Shown here one piece after another: positions 38,426 through 47,631 of a stretch of 64,000 nt of DNA. Under the pieces are notes generated by a model. It was not told where the DNA came from. It made no database searches and was given only the letters and a program-made list of their open reading frames with translations. The stretch is from Oceanispirochaeta sp. GTDB taxonomy: Bacteria > Spirochaetota > Spirochaetia > DSM-2461. Within the stretch, counting starts at the first letter, position 1. Each line of letters opens with the position of its first letter. The DNA is taken from contig CAXXXD010000004.1 in NCBI GenBank assembly GCA_963663385.2, positions 256,001-320,000 on the forward strand. Reading direction: 5' to 3'. The position numbers were made by a program, and so were the translations under genes.

Positions 38426-40567
38426 ATGAGAATCTTTTTTTACAAGCGGATAGGACGCTTTTCCCTTCTTTCCTTTTTTATTATTCCGGTTCTTTTAATT
38501 GCAGCCTGTGTTTCCTCTTCTGTGTATACTGTTTCCCGGGCCTGCCGGGATATGGATTCTCTTCTGGAAAACGGTATAATCCCGTCGGAGGATTTCCTTT
38601 CGGGAGGCATGAATCCGCGCACCCTGTCCCTGTTTCTGGAAAACTACTCCGATACCCAATTGCTTGCAGCCGGGTATCTCCTTCAAAACCGGAGAGAGCT
38701 GGATAAGGCTGTTTTTCTGCTTGACCAGATCCCGCTTTCCTCTTCCCCTCTTTCAGCTATGGCAGGAGATCTTCTGCTGGAGTGCCTGAGAGAGAGGGAG
38801 GAATGGGGCAGGATTGCCGCCTGCTCGTCAGAGAGGCTTTCTCTGGAGACGGACGGCCGGTATGCGGACAGCCTGATCAGTTCTTTGACCGAGGCTGTCT
38901 GGAAGGGGCATCTGGATTCCGGAGAATATTCGGGGTTTTACGAAAACAGTCTGTCCGGATGGTCGGTTCCCCTCAGAGCGGAAAAGGGAATACTTGATTA
39001 TACAGATTATATCCGTTTTCTCCTGACAGAGGATCCGGTCCTGATAGATGAGATAATACAGAATCGGCCAGGGCTTTTCCCCGGGCGGGAAGATCCGGCC
39101 GATCCGACGCACCGGATTCTGACGACCCGTTCCCTTATCAAAGAAGTCCGTTACGGTGACGCTGAAGCCCTGATACGGGATCTGTGGGATGATTTTTCTT
39201 CCCTCTCCTCTCTTCCTTCTGCTTTTCTGGAAGATTTTAAAAGAGTGATTACCGGATCGGGAGAAGAGGATTACTGGATCCCTGTTATTGAGGAATGGAA
39301 AAAGGGGCAGCCGGACGATTTCAGCCGGTCATTTCTTTTAGCTGCGCTTTGCGAAGGGGACAGACAGTGGAAAAGAGCCTTCGATCTTTATAATACAGCT
39401 GCCGAATCGGGGTTATCCTTTCAGAGGCGGAGGGCCCAGTGGTACCAGCTTCGTCTGCTTATCAGGCAGGATCCTGAAAATGTACCGGATTTTCTTTTTC
39501 AGAATGCTGAATCATGGGGGAACACGGACTACTTTGACGACCTGATGGATGAATACTACAGCCTTCTTGTCCGTTCCCGTTCCTGGAGAGGGCTGAAAGA
39601 TACGCTGAAGGCGCTGGAGGGGGCATCCCTGTCCGGTCCGGTGGTTCAGGGGCAGTTCCTGCTGAACGAAGCTGCTGTTCTGGGGCTGACTGAGTTACCC
39701 GGGGATATTTTTACAGCGGGGGAATCCTCCGAAATGAGCAACGACTATTATGCTCTGCTTCAGGATGCATCCTCCTGGCCGGTTGGCAGTTCCGTTACAG
39801 GTTTGACAGCGGATATCGGCCTGTCACCCCGAGAGGCGGCGGTGGCTGAGGTATACAGGATTCTGCATCAGGCGGGGTATCCGGAACTGTGTCTCTCCCT
39901 ATGGAATCACCGAAAGGACGTTCTGGACTTCGATACGGTTGAAGGGCTTTGTGTCTACCTCTTCAAACAGAAAGAATTCTACAGTCTGATACAGTTCTCC
40001 GGTTACTGGTATTACAGGTGGCCCCGCCCCCTGGCCCTTAACCTTCTGCCCTGGCTCTATCCTACGGACAACGGGCTTCCCGTGAACCTGCTGAGCAGGG
40101 AGTACGAACTGCCTGAAGAGCTGATAGAGGGAATCATCCGGCGGGAGAGTGCTTTCAACAAGACCATCGAATCCTTTGCCGGCGCTCAGGGGCTGATGCA
40201 GATAATGCCGGCAACGGCCAGCGATCTTGCCTCCCGGCACCGCATTCCCGAGTGGGATCTGATGAATCCGGATGACAATATCCGTCTGGGGAGCCTTTAC
40301 CTCAACTGGCTGATCGAACGCCCCTGGACGGACAACTATGCGGACGTTCTGGCTGCCTATAACGGAGGGGGCGGCAATCTCCGGCAGTGGAAGAGGCGTT
40401 ACGGGTCTCTGGGGAATCAGCTGTTTATTCAGAGTATCCCCTATAGTGAAACCCGGAATTATATACGTAAGGTTATTGTAGCAGCCGGTGCTTACCGGTA
40501 TCTTAATACAGGAGCTGCGCCGGGAGAGTGGGTTTCTCTGTTCTTTGCTCCTTTCCCGGCAATGTAA
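38426..40567 (+). CDS. Lytic transglycosylase (Slt domain), probable lipoprotein
   Basis: IIRRES, GLMQIMP, AAYNGG, ETRNYI; LIAAC lipobox-like. Confidence 0.88.
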   Translation: MRIFFYKRIGRFSLLSFFIIPVLLIAACVSSSVYTVSRACRDMDSLLENGIIPSEDFLSGGMNPRTLSLFLENYSDTQLLAAGYLLQNRRELDKAVFLLDQIPLSSSPLSAMAGDLLLECLREREEWGRIAACSSERLSLETDGRYADSLISSLTEAVWKGHLDSGEYSGFYENSLSGWSVPLRAEKGILDYTDYIRFLLTEDPVLIDEIIQNRPGLFPGREDPADPTHRILTTRSLIKEVRYGDAEALIRDLWDDFSSLSSLPSAFLEDFKRVITGSGEEDYWIPVIEEWKKGQPDDFSRSFLLAALCEGDRQWKRAFDLYNTAAESGLSFQRRRAQWYQLRLLIRQDPENVPDFLFQNAESWGNTDYFDDLMDEYYSLLVRSRSWRGLKDTLKALEGASLSGPVVQGQFLLNEAAVLGLTELPGDIFTAGESSEMSNDYYALLQDASSWPVGSSVTGLTADIGLSPREAAVAEVYRILHQAGYPELCLSLWNHRKDVLDFDTVEGLCVYLFKQKEFYSLIQFSGYWYYRWPRPLALNLLPWLYPTDNGLPVNLLSREYELPEELIEGIIRRESAFNKTIESFAGAQGLMQIMPATASDLASRHRIPEWDLMNPDDNIRLGSLYLNWLIERPWTDNYADVLAAYNGGGGNLRQWKRRYGSLGNQLFIQSIPYSETRNYIRKVIVAAGAYRYLNTGAAPGEWVSLFFAPFPAM

Positions 40568-40588
40568 ATATAACAGGATGGTTGATTT

Positions 40589-41383
40589 ATGAATTATTTC
40601 CAGGGAATCTTTCTGGGCATACTGCAGGGCGTTACGGAATTCCTTCCCGTATCCAGCTCGGGGCACTTGCTTATGATGCGTAATATACTGGGGCTGGGAG
40701 ACATCCCTGTTCTTTTTGATGTTCTGCTGCATGTGGCGACGCTGATTGTTGTTCTTGTCATGTTCCGGAAAAAGGTGCTGGAACTGGTAGGCTCTCTGTT
40801 CAGATGGATAGTCCGGAAGTCGGACGATCAGGATAAGGTGAATATGAAGCTTATTGCCATTATTCTGATTGCGGTATTTGTGACAGGGGTTCTGGGACTG
40901 TTTATCGACGGACTGAATCTTTCCGAAACTCCCAGGATCGTCTTTCCTTTTTATCTGGTAACAGCTGTGCTTCTCTGGATGACACGCAAAGCGCCATCCG
41001 GCAGAAAATACAGAGACCTGGGGTATGCGGATGGTCTGATAACTGGTGTGGCTCAGGGATTCGGTGTTCTTCCGGGCATTTCCCGTTCCGGAATAACGAT
41101 CTCTGCCGGCCTTTATAGAAAAATGGACCGGGATGTGGCTGCGGAATACTCTTTTCTTATCTCCATTCCGGCTATCATCGGGGCGGTTTTACTGGATATG
41201 AAGGATGCCTCGGATCTATTAAGCGCCGTATCCCTTCCTGTTTTGGGCGTTTCCTTTCTTGTTACCATGATTTCCGGATTTCTGGCCCTTTCGCTTCTGG
41301 TAAAGCTGATCAACAGCGGTAAGTTCTACTTCTTCTCCTTCTATCTGGTACCACTGGGAATCCTGGGACTGATCTTTTTCTGA
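40589..41383 (+). CDS. uppP: Undecaprenyl-diphosphatase
   Basis: QGVTEFLPVSSSGH, PGISRSG. Confidence 0.95.
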   Translation: MNYFQGIFLGILQGVTEFLPVSSSGHLLMMRNILGLGDIPVLFDVLLHVATLIVVLVMFRKKVLELVGSLFRWIVRKSDDQDKVNMKLIAIILIAVFVTGVLGLFIDGLNLSETPRIVFPFYLVTAVLLWMTRKAPSGRKYRDLGYADGLITGVAQGFGVLPGISRSGITISAGLYRKMDRDVAAEYSFLISIPAIIGAVLLDMKDASDLLSAVSLPVLGVSFLVTMISGFLALSLLVKLINSGKFYFFSFYLVPLGILGLIFF

Positions 41384-41401
41384 CCTCCCCCATCCCCGGA
41401 T

Positions 41402-41420
41402 CCCCGAGCGTAGTCGAGGG
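41402..41420. repeat. REP-like intergenic repeat, copy 2
   Basis: CCCCGAGCGTAGTCGAGGG. Confidence 0.7.
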
Positions 41421-41471
41421 AGAGGGGTCAAGGAGCTGGATTTTAAGCCGATAATGACAGGGGGAGGATAC

Positions 41472-44324
41472 GTGAATTCCAAAAAAATTAAAAAGACTCT
41501 GGCTGGCGTACTGGCAACGGCGGCTTTCTTGCTCTTTATCCTATTAATCGCCGGAGCTTCGGGTGTGAAAAGGGGTCCGGGGTATTTCCTGTTCCAGTCC
41601 TTTCATCTGGCTTCATTTTATATACCCGTTTATCTGCTGATCTGTGCCTATGTGCTCCTGGCTGAAAAAAGCCATAAACTGTTGGCGGGACTGAACTTTT
41701 CACTTCTCCCTTTTTTAACCTTTACTCTGCTGCTGCATGTTCTGACAGGTAACCGGAGCATCCCTGTTTCAAGAGTTCTGGTTCTGGAAATCGGTAAATT
41801 TGTATCATCTCTCTTTCTTCTTCTGCTGCTGGGGGTGGAAGCGGCCCTGATTTATAGACTGTGTAATATTCTTTTCCCCCATGAGAAATGGATTCCCGAA
41901 ACATCCGCAGGATTTTATAAAATTCCCGGAAAGATCTTTTCTCTGAAAGAAACAGTAACCAGCTTCCTGTCACGCTCTCCATCAAACGAGGCCGAAGGAG
42001 AGGACCGGGAAGAGGAATCCGTTCCTGTTCAAAGGGAGGTTTTTCCCTTTCCGGATCTGCCGGCCCCTCCGGAGCCGGTGAAGGATGTGGATGACAGCGA
42101 AATCCAGTCCCTGATTTCATCGGTTCTCAACCCGAAGCCTTCTTTTCCGGAAAAAGCTGCTTTCGATCCGGTTCCCCTGGTGAAAAAAGAGGAGAAGAGG
42201 AGCTTTAATCCCGAGAAAACACTCAGTATCGACGAAGTAATGGAAAGAGAGGACCCCGTGAGGGCCTTCGATCCGGTTCCGGTTTCTGACCCGGGGATTG
42301 ATTTTCTGCTGAACCCGGTCGGGGATAAATCTGTCGCCGAAATGCCTGAGTCTGAAATTGGTGATAAGGAGCCCGTTTTCCGGGAATCCCGTGCTGTTTC
42401 CTCCGGATTATCCGGACCAATGGATTCTGATGAGCCTGATGATCCTTTTCAGGATTCTGAATACACCGAAGAGTTTGATTCCCCTGTTGAACATGAGCCT
42501 GCGGAATTCGGGACACCCCTGACTGAATCCGAACCGGAGGAGTCTGATGATCCGGACATCCCCGCCGGAAATGAAGAGTATGACTTTGAGGATGAACTGT
42601 CTGATTCAGAGGATGACGAGTATGAAAACTCCGGATACATCTCCGACCGGATGGATGAACTGGACTCCTGGCGTACCCCTTCTTTTCAGGAGGATGAACC
42701 TGTAATGGTGGAAGATCTGGATGATGCGGAGGATGAGGACTCTGCCTTTCCGGATGATTATGATGAGGAAACGGAATCTTCCTTTTCTATCGAAGCCAAG
42801 CTCAGCCCCGAAGGGGAGACAGAGAGAATGGGTATCGCGCCGAAAGGGCTTCCTCCCAGGCACCGCCGCTGGCAGAAGTATGAGGTTCCTGTAACTGGTC
42901 TGCTGAAGGAGTATCCCGATGAGGGGTTTGACCAGATTGATGAACATACACGACGGTCGGCCCGGGCGCTGGAAGAGACCCTTCTGGAGTTTAAAATCGA
43001 TGCTAAAGTAACGGGTATTTCCAAGGGGCCTGTTATTACCATGTTTGAAATTCAGCCGGCCCCGGGTGTAAAGGTCTCCCGCATTGTGAACCTTCAGGAT
43101 AACCTGGCTCTGCGTCTGGCTTCCTCCCGTATCCGTATTGTCGCTCCCATACCCGGCAAGCAGGCCATCGGTATTGAAGTTCCCAATAAGAAGCGCTCCA
43201 TCGTCTCTTTCAGTCAGCTGGCTTCTTCAGATGATTATACGGAAGGCGATTTCGAAATTCCCGTTATCCTGGGAAAGGATATCAGCGGTGGCAACCAGGT
43301 TATCGATCTGGCCCGGACGCCCCACCTGCTTATTGCCGGTTCCACCGGTTCGGGTAAATCGGTCTGTGTCAACTCTCTGATCTGTTCCATTCTGTTTCAG
43401 AAGTCTCCCCGGGATGTGAAGCTGATGATGGTGGATCCCAAGATTGTAGAGCTGAAGCTGTATAACGATATTCCCCACCTGCTCACACCGGTTATAACGG
43501 AGCCCAAACGGGCCTTTCAGGCGGTTCAGTGGTGTCTGTACGAAATGGAGAGGCGTTACTCCCTGCTGGATTCTATGGGAGTCCGGGATATCAAGAGCTA
43601 TAACAAGAGGATCAGGGAGAGGGATATTGCCACGACCAAGCTTCCCTATATTGTTCTCGTGATTGATGAGTTTGCCGACCTGATGGCAACCTCGGGCAAG
43701 GAGCTGGAGGGCATTGTGGCCCGCCTGGCGGCCATGTCCCGTGCGGTGGGGATTCACCTGGTTCTGGCGACCCAGAGGCCGTCTATCGATGTTATTACCG
43801 GTCTGATCAAGGCCAACTTCCCCTCCCGGATTGCCTTTATGGTGGCCAGCAAGACCGACTCCCGCATAATTATCGATATGATGGGGGCGGAAAAGCTGCT
43901 GGGCAAGGGGGATATGCTCTTTACCTCAGCCTGGGACCCCTTTCCCTCCCGAATGCAGGGGGCCTTCCTGTCCGAGGATGAGGTGGAGCGGGTTGTCTCC
44001 TATGTGAAGACACTGGGAGAGCCGGAATATATCGACGATGAGATTTTTCTGGATGAAGAGGATGAATACAGTAGTGACGGGGGAGGGGACAGTTCCTTCA
44101 GCGATCCATTGTACAACAAGTCTCTGGAAATAGTGATGCAGTCCGGGAAAGCTTCAGCTTCCTACCTTCAGCGGCGGCTGAAAATCGGTTACAACCGGGC
44201 GGCCCGGCTGGTGGAAGAGATGGAGATCCGCGGTATCGTGGGGCCCCAGAACGGTTCCAAGCCCCGGGAGGTTATCCATATCCCCGATATGCCGGGCAGC
44301 CGGGTGCTGAACGGGGAGGAGTAG
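41472..44324 (+). CDS. ftsK: DNA translocase FtsK
   Basis: PHLLIAGSTGSGKS, IDEFADLM, ATQRPS, LQRRLKIGYNRAAR; GTG after GGAGG. Confidence 0.96.
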   Translation: MNSKKIKKTLAGVLATAAFLLFILLIAGASGVKRGPGYFLFQSFHLASFYIPVYLLICAYVLLAEKSHKLLAGLNFSLLPFLTFTLLLHVLTGNRSIPVSRVLVLEIGKFVSSLFLLLLLGVEAALIYRLCNILFPHEKWIPETSAGFYKIPGKIFSLKETVTSFLSRSPSNEAEGEDREEESVPVQREVFPFPDLPAPPEPVKDVDDSEIQSLISSVLNPKPSFPEKAAFDPVPLVKKEEKRSFNPEKTLSIDEVMEREDPVRAFDPVPVSDPGIDFLLNPVGDKSVAEMPESEIGDKEPVFRESRAVSSGLSGPMDSDEPDDPFQDSEYTEEFDSPVEHEPAEFGTPLTESEPEESDDPDIPAGNEEYDFEDELSDSEDDEYENSGYISDRMDELDSWRTPSFQEDEPVMVEDLDDAEDEDSAFPDDYDEETESSFSIEAKLSPEGETERMGIAPKGLPPRHRRWQKYEVPVTGLLKEYPDEGFDQIDEHTRRSARALEETLLEFKIDAKVTGISKGPVITMFEIQPAPGVKVSRIVNLQDNLALRLASSRIRIVAPIPGKQAIGIEVPNKKRSIVSFSQLASSDDYTEGDFEIPVILGKDISGGNQVIDLARTPHLLIAGSTGSGKSVCVNSLICSILFQKSPRDVKLMMVDPKIVELKLYNDIPHLLTPVITEPKRAFQAVQWCLYEMERRYSLLDSMGVRDIKSYNKRIRERDIATTKLPYIVLVIDEFADLMATSGKELEGIVARLAAMSRAVGIHLVLATQRPSIDVITGLIKANFPSRIAFMVASKTDSRIIIDMMGAEKLLGKGDMLFTSAWDPFPSRMQGAFLSEDEVERVVSYVKTLGEPEYIDDEIFLDEEDEYSSDGGGDSSFSDPLYNKSLEIVMQSGKASASYLQRRLKIGYNRAARLVEEMEIRGIVGPQNGSKPREVIHIPDMPGSRVLNGEE

Positions 44325-44349
44325 GGCTGAGAAAAGATATGGAGGTTTC

Positions 44350-44717
44350 CTACCATTCTAACGGATCAATGATCTTTATATCTTCTACCTTTTTAAGATC
44401 TCTTTGTCTGCTGTAACCAGAGTCAGATCTTTTTCGATAGCGGTAGCCACGATAATTGCGTCGGGAATTTTCAGTCCATACTTTTTCCGGACGAAGATAG
44501 ACCGCTCAGTAATGTCTCCGTCTGTTTCAAACTCAATCAGGTCACTGACAAAACGTCGAATCATAAATTCCTGATCTTCATTATTCTTCCCGCAACTCAG
44601 CTCTATATGAGAAATAAAGGAGAGATATAATTCATCTTCAAAAGAAATCTTTTCAAAGAGAGGGAAAATGCCTTCAAGGCAGTATACAACAGCGTTGGTA
44701 TCCAACAGATATCTCAT
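44350..44717 (-). pseudogene. PIN-domain (VapC) toxin, C-terminus apparently lost by a 1-nt frameshift
   Basis: LLDTN, ISHIEL, DAIIVATA, LVTAD; stop at 44385; an alternative frame continues KVEDIKIIDPLEW* to 44350. Confidence 0.7.
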
Positions 44718-44959
44718 CTGTTATCCCATTCTTTTCGTAATTTCCTCTGGTATTCGACTCCATCGACACCCCAACCTTTTAATGATCCCTGAAGCGCCTT
44801 AAGTCTTTTAAAGCGGGCTTTTCTGTCTTCAGTACCTTTCGGGCGAACGATGATTGTTACATCCTGAGGATCAAGAGGAAGATCTTTATCCTCGATCACC
44901 AGGTGATGATTCTGGTCGATACGTCCTGATAACTCATAATTTTCCATTTCCAATGACAT
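44714..44959 (-). CDS. Putative antitoxin of the PIN toxin
   Basis: 81-aa ORF with RBS, ATGA-coupled to the PIN gene; ends DGVEYQRKLRKEWDNR. Confidence 0.75.
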   Translation of the reverse strand: MSLEMENYELSGRIDQNHHLVIEDKDLPLDPQDVTIIVRPKGTEDRKARFKRLKALQGSLKGWGVDGVEYQRKLRKEWDNR

Positions 44960-45109
44960 ACTTGTTCCCCTTGGGTCCTTTAACATTAATATATCACTTT
45001 TACACCTGTTCTTACAGGATGGCTTCAAACATGTTACATTATTATTTACAGTTCGCTGTAAGCGCAAGCCCACTCCTGCGGTCGTTAAGAGGGACATACG
45101 TTGTTTTTT

Positions 45110-45270
45110 TCAGAACCGGAGCCACGACGGCGGAGGGGCGGCCTGCGGTACCTGCCGGAAAGACTTCTTCAACGTGAAATGTTATTCCGGCGAAAAATGA
45201 AATTGGGAATCATAACAAGAATGTTGCTGCCGTTTCCCTTCGGTCACAGCAGAACAATGGTGTTATGAAT
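45110..45270. repeat. ~160-bp direct repeat copy A with terminal attC-like hairpin (45210-45268)
   Basis: First 109 bp differ from 54237-54345 at 12 positions; ends TCATAAC...GTTATGA. Confidence 0.9.
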
Positions 45271-45272
45271 AA

Positions 45273-45593
45273 CTAAATCTCTTTGATAGTGGACTTGGAA
45301 GGACTGCTCCAAGATATTTTTTTATATTTACCTTTAATCTTTCCTTTTTCGCGATATTCCTCAAACTGCTCGGAAGGACTCCAGTCTTTACCAGCAGAAA
45401 AATACACATCCAAATCGTTTAACTTAATAAATTTTTCAATTTTATCTTCTGTATCAGAATATGGTATAGACCAATATTCTGGGTAATCACTATCTATACT
45501 TGCTTCTAATTCCAATAGTTTTGTTTCAAAAGATTTTGTGACATTTTTTATATATATCTTATCAGTTACAAAAACAACATATGGATTAATCAT
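45273..45593 (-). CDS. Putative immunity protein for Rhs-CT2
   Basis: AT-rich small ORF directly after the toxin; GGAGG RBS. Confidence 0.7.
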   Translation of the reverse strand: MINPYVVFVTDKIYIKNVTKSFETKLLELEASIDSDYPEYWSIPYSDTEDKIEKFIKLNDLDVYFSAGKDWSPSEQFEEYREKGKIKGKYKKISWSSPSKSTIKEI

Positions 45594-45607
45594 CGATTTA
45601 TTCCCTC

Positions 45608-46594
45608 CTATCTTGTTGGAATTGAATTAATAATCATTTCTGGTCCTCCACCGGGAAGTCCTTTTCCTCCACCTTGAAAGAACTCATTTCCACCAGCAAT
45701 AGGACTTCTTGGAGCCATCTCTTTTATACCAGAAACTTCAGTAATTCTAAATCCATTCCCTAAGGTCCCGGGATTAAGGCCTAATACTTTCTCCAATGCC
45801 ACACCTTGCTGTTTTGAATTAAAAGAACCAGGAGAGAAGTTCCCTATTGCACCTGTAAGCGCTTTTTTATCTGTTATATAAGTTCCAGAACGCCCAATGG
45901 AATCAAATTCTTTAAACCATGATTCAGGAGATACGTTATATCCGACGTTCATTTCTAACATATTTTGCTGTCTAGATGTAAAGAGATTTTTTAGTGAAGG
46001 GTTATTAAAAACACTATCTGCATTAAGGCCACCCACTCCCAGCATACATAGATCAAGAAAGGTTCCGACTGCTAGTGACTTAGCATCTCCTGGGGGTAAA
46101 TATTCTCCATTGGGTCCGTGATAACCAGAATCCCAACCATTTGTCATTCCATTAACAAGTGCACCAACGCCAAGCCCCATATCATAAAGTAGCTTTTCAA
46201 ACGGTCCAAGTGCTGGCATATAACCACTAGCTTGTGGCCCTGCCGGTGTTACTTCTCCTAAGTTCTCTGGAGCTAATGGATCATTGGGTTTATCATCACC
46301 ATCGTCGTCATCATCTTTCTCTATAGGTCGTTTAGAATCTGAATCATATTCACCAGATTCTTCACTAGATAATCCAAAGATCAACCCCGTCGGATCTACA
46401 TATTTAATAGGATTGTTCGAGGTGTAAACATACCAGTTTTGCCCGTCTCTAGCCGGATCTTCAGATATAAATCTCCCCGTATCCGCATCATACCACCTAG
46501 CATTGTAGTAATAATCACCCTCTCCCCCTAAATCGTTGCAAAAAGGAGACCTGCAAGGAGGCGTTGAAACTGGAATTTCTCTAGTAGCTGTCAT
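45608..46594 (-). CDS. Orphan Rhs core plus C-terminal toxin (CT2), N-terminally truncated
   Basis: YYYNARWYDADTGRFISEDP...NNPIKYVDPTG followed by a variable tip; no RBS seen at the annotated start. Confidence 0.85.
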   Translation of the reverse strand: MTATREIPVSTPPCRSPFCNDLGGEGDYYYNARWYDADTGRFISEDPARDGQNWYVYTSNNPIKYVDPTGLIFGLSSEESGEYDSDSKRPIEKDDDDDGDDKPNDPLAPENLGEVTPAGPQASGYMPALGPFEKLLYDMGLGVGALVNGMTNGWDSGYHGPNGEYLPPGDAKSLAVGTFLDLCMLGVGGLNADSVFNNPSLKNLFTSRQQNMLEMNVGYNVSPESWFKEFDSIGRSGTYITDKKALTGAIGNFSPGSFNSKQQGVALEKVLGLNPGTLGNGFRITEVSGIKEMAPRSPIAGGNEFFQGGGKGLPGGGPEMIINSIPTR

Positions 46595-46611
46595 GGTACG
46601 TTAATAAACTA

Positions 46612-47631
46612 TCATTTACCTATCTTACGGGCAAGCGCTTTTCTATTCTTCTCTCTTTGCTTCAGACTGTCCCGAACCAGAGTTTCCAGTGAATCAAGAT
46701 AGGAGTCGGTCACCTCGGCGAAATGGAAATTCTCCCTGGGATGGTACTGCCTGTAGGAAGCCTTGATGTTCTCTTCGCTTTGCCGGGAGTAAACCACCGT
46801 GGTTTCCACCGATTCATGCCCCAAAAGCTCCTGAACATAGCGGATCTCCGCCCCGTGGGCCAGAAGATGGGAAGCACAGCCGTGCCGGAGGGAGTGGACG
46901 GTCAGCCCTTTCCGGTAGAGTCCGCACTTTTCACTCAGCAGTTTAAACCGTTTGTTGATCCCTCCGTGAGTAAACCGGTAGCCCCCGGAAAGGATCAGAG
47001 GCCTGTGGTGTGCTTTCACGCCTTCCAGATACTTATCCAGAAACCAGGCGGCCGCCTTGGTCACTGGGACCCGGCGGTCCTTGGAAAACTTGCTCTGGTG
47101 GATCCACAATAACCGGCTGGCCGGATCGTAATCTTTCACATCCAGATGGGCCGCTTCGGAAGACCGGAGACCGGAAGAGTAAATCAGTTCAAACAGGGCC
47201 CTGTCCCGGAGCCCCAGGGGCTGGTGAATATCGATGGAATCCAGAAAGAGTGCGGTCTCGTCCTCACTCAAAACTTCTTTGATCCGCTCCTGCCGTTTCC
47301 CGAAGCGGACTGTCTCCACCGGTGAGGACAAAACCAGGTTGTTTTCATACAAACAGAGATAGAACTTTTTCACGGAGGTGAAAATACTCATCCTCGTTGA
47401 GTCCTTGTAGCCCCGTCCTCTCTCTCCGGGATGCTCCTGCAGCCAGGAAAGGAAGGAGACAATATCACTCCTTTTCACATCCCGGATGTCTTTCGTGCCA
47501 GTTTCATCCAAAAAGGTAAAGAAGGGGGTAAGCTGAGCTTTCTTTGTCCGAATAGTTCCCTCTTTAAATCCCTGGGCCTTCAGGTATCCGGCGAAAAGGG
47601 AAAGGGCTTTCTGCCTTGAGAGTCTTTTCAT
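46612..47631 (-). CDS. Tyrosine recombinase (XerD-like) 2
   Basis: SSGLRSSE, SKFSKDR, HSLRH, LLGH, TVVY; start reassigned to the ATGA overlap at 47631. Confidence 0.92.
   Translation of the reverse strand: MKRLSRQKALSLFAGYLKAQGFKEGTIRTKKAQLTPFFTFLDETGTKDIRDVKRSDIVSFLSWLQEHPGERGRGYKDSTRMSIFTSVKKFYLCLYENNLVLSSPVETVRFGKRQERIKEVLSEDETALFLDSIDIHQPLGLRDRALFELIYSSGLRSSEAAHLDVKDYDPASRLLWIHQSKFSKDRRVPVTKAAAWFLDKYLEGVKAHHRPLILSGGYRFTHGGINKRFKLLSEKCGLYRKGLTVHSLRHGCASHLLAHGAEIRYVQELLGHESVETTVVYSRQSEENIKASYRQYHPRENFHFAEVTDSYLDSLETLVRDSLKQREKNRKALARKIGK

Noticed and set aside
46514..46611. dif-like site next to the Xer-like genes
   Set aside because: No convincing 11-6-11 XerC/XerD arms visible
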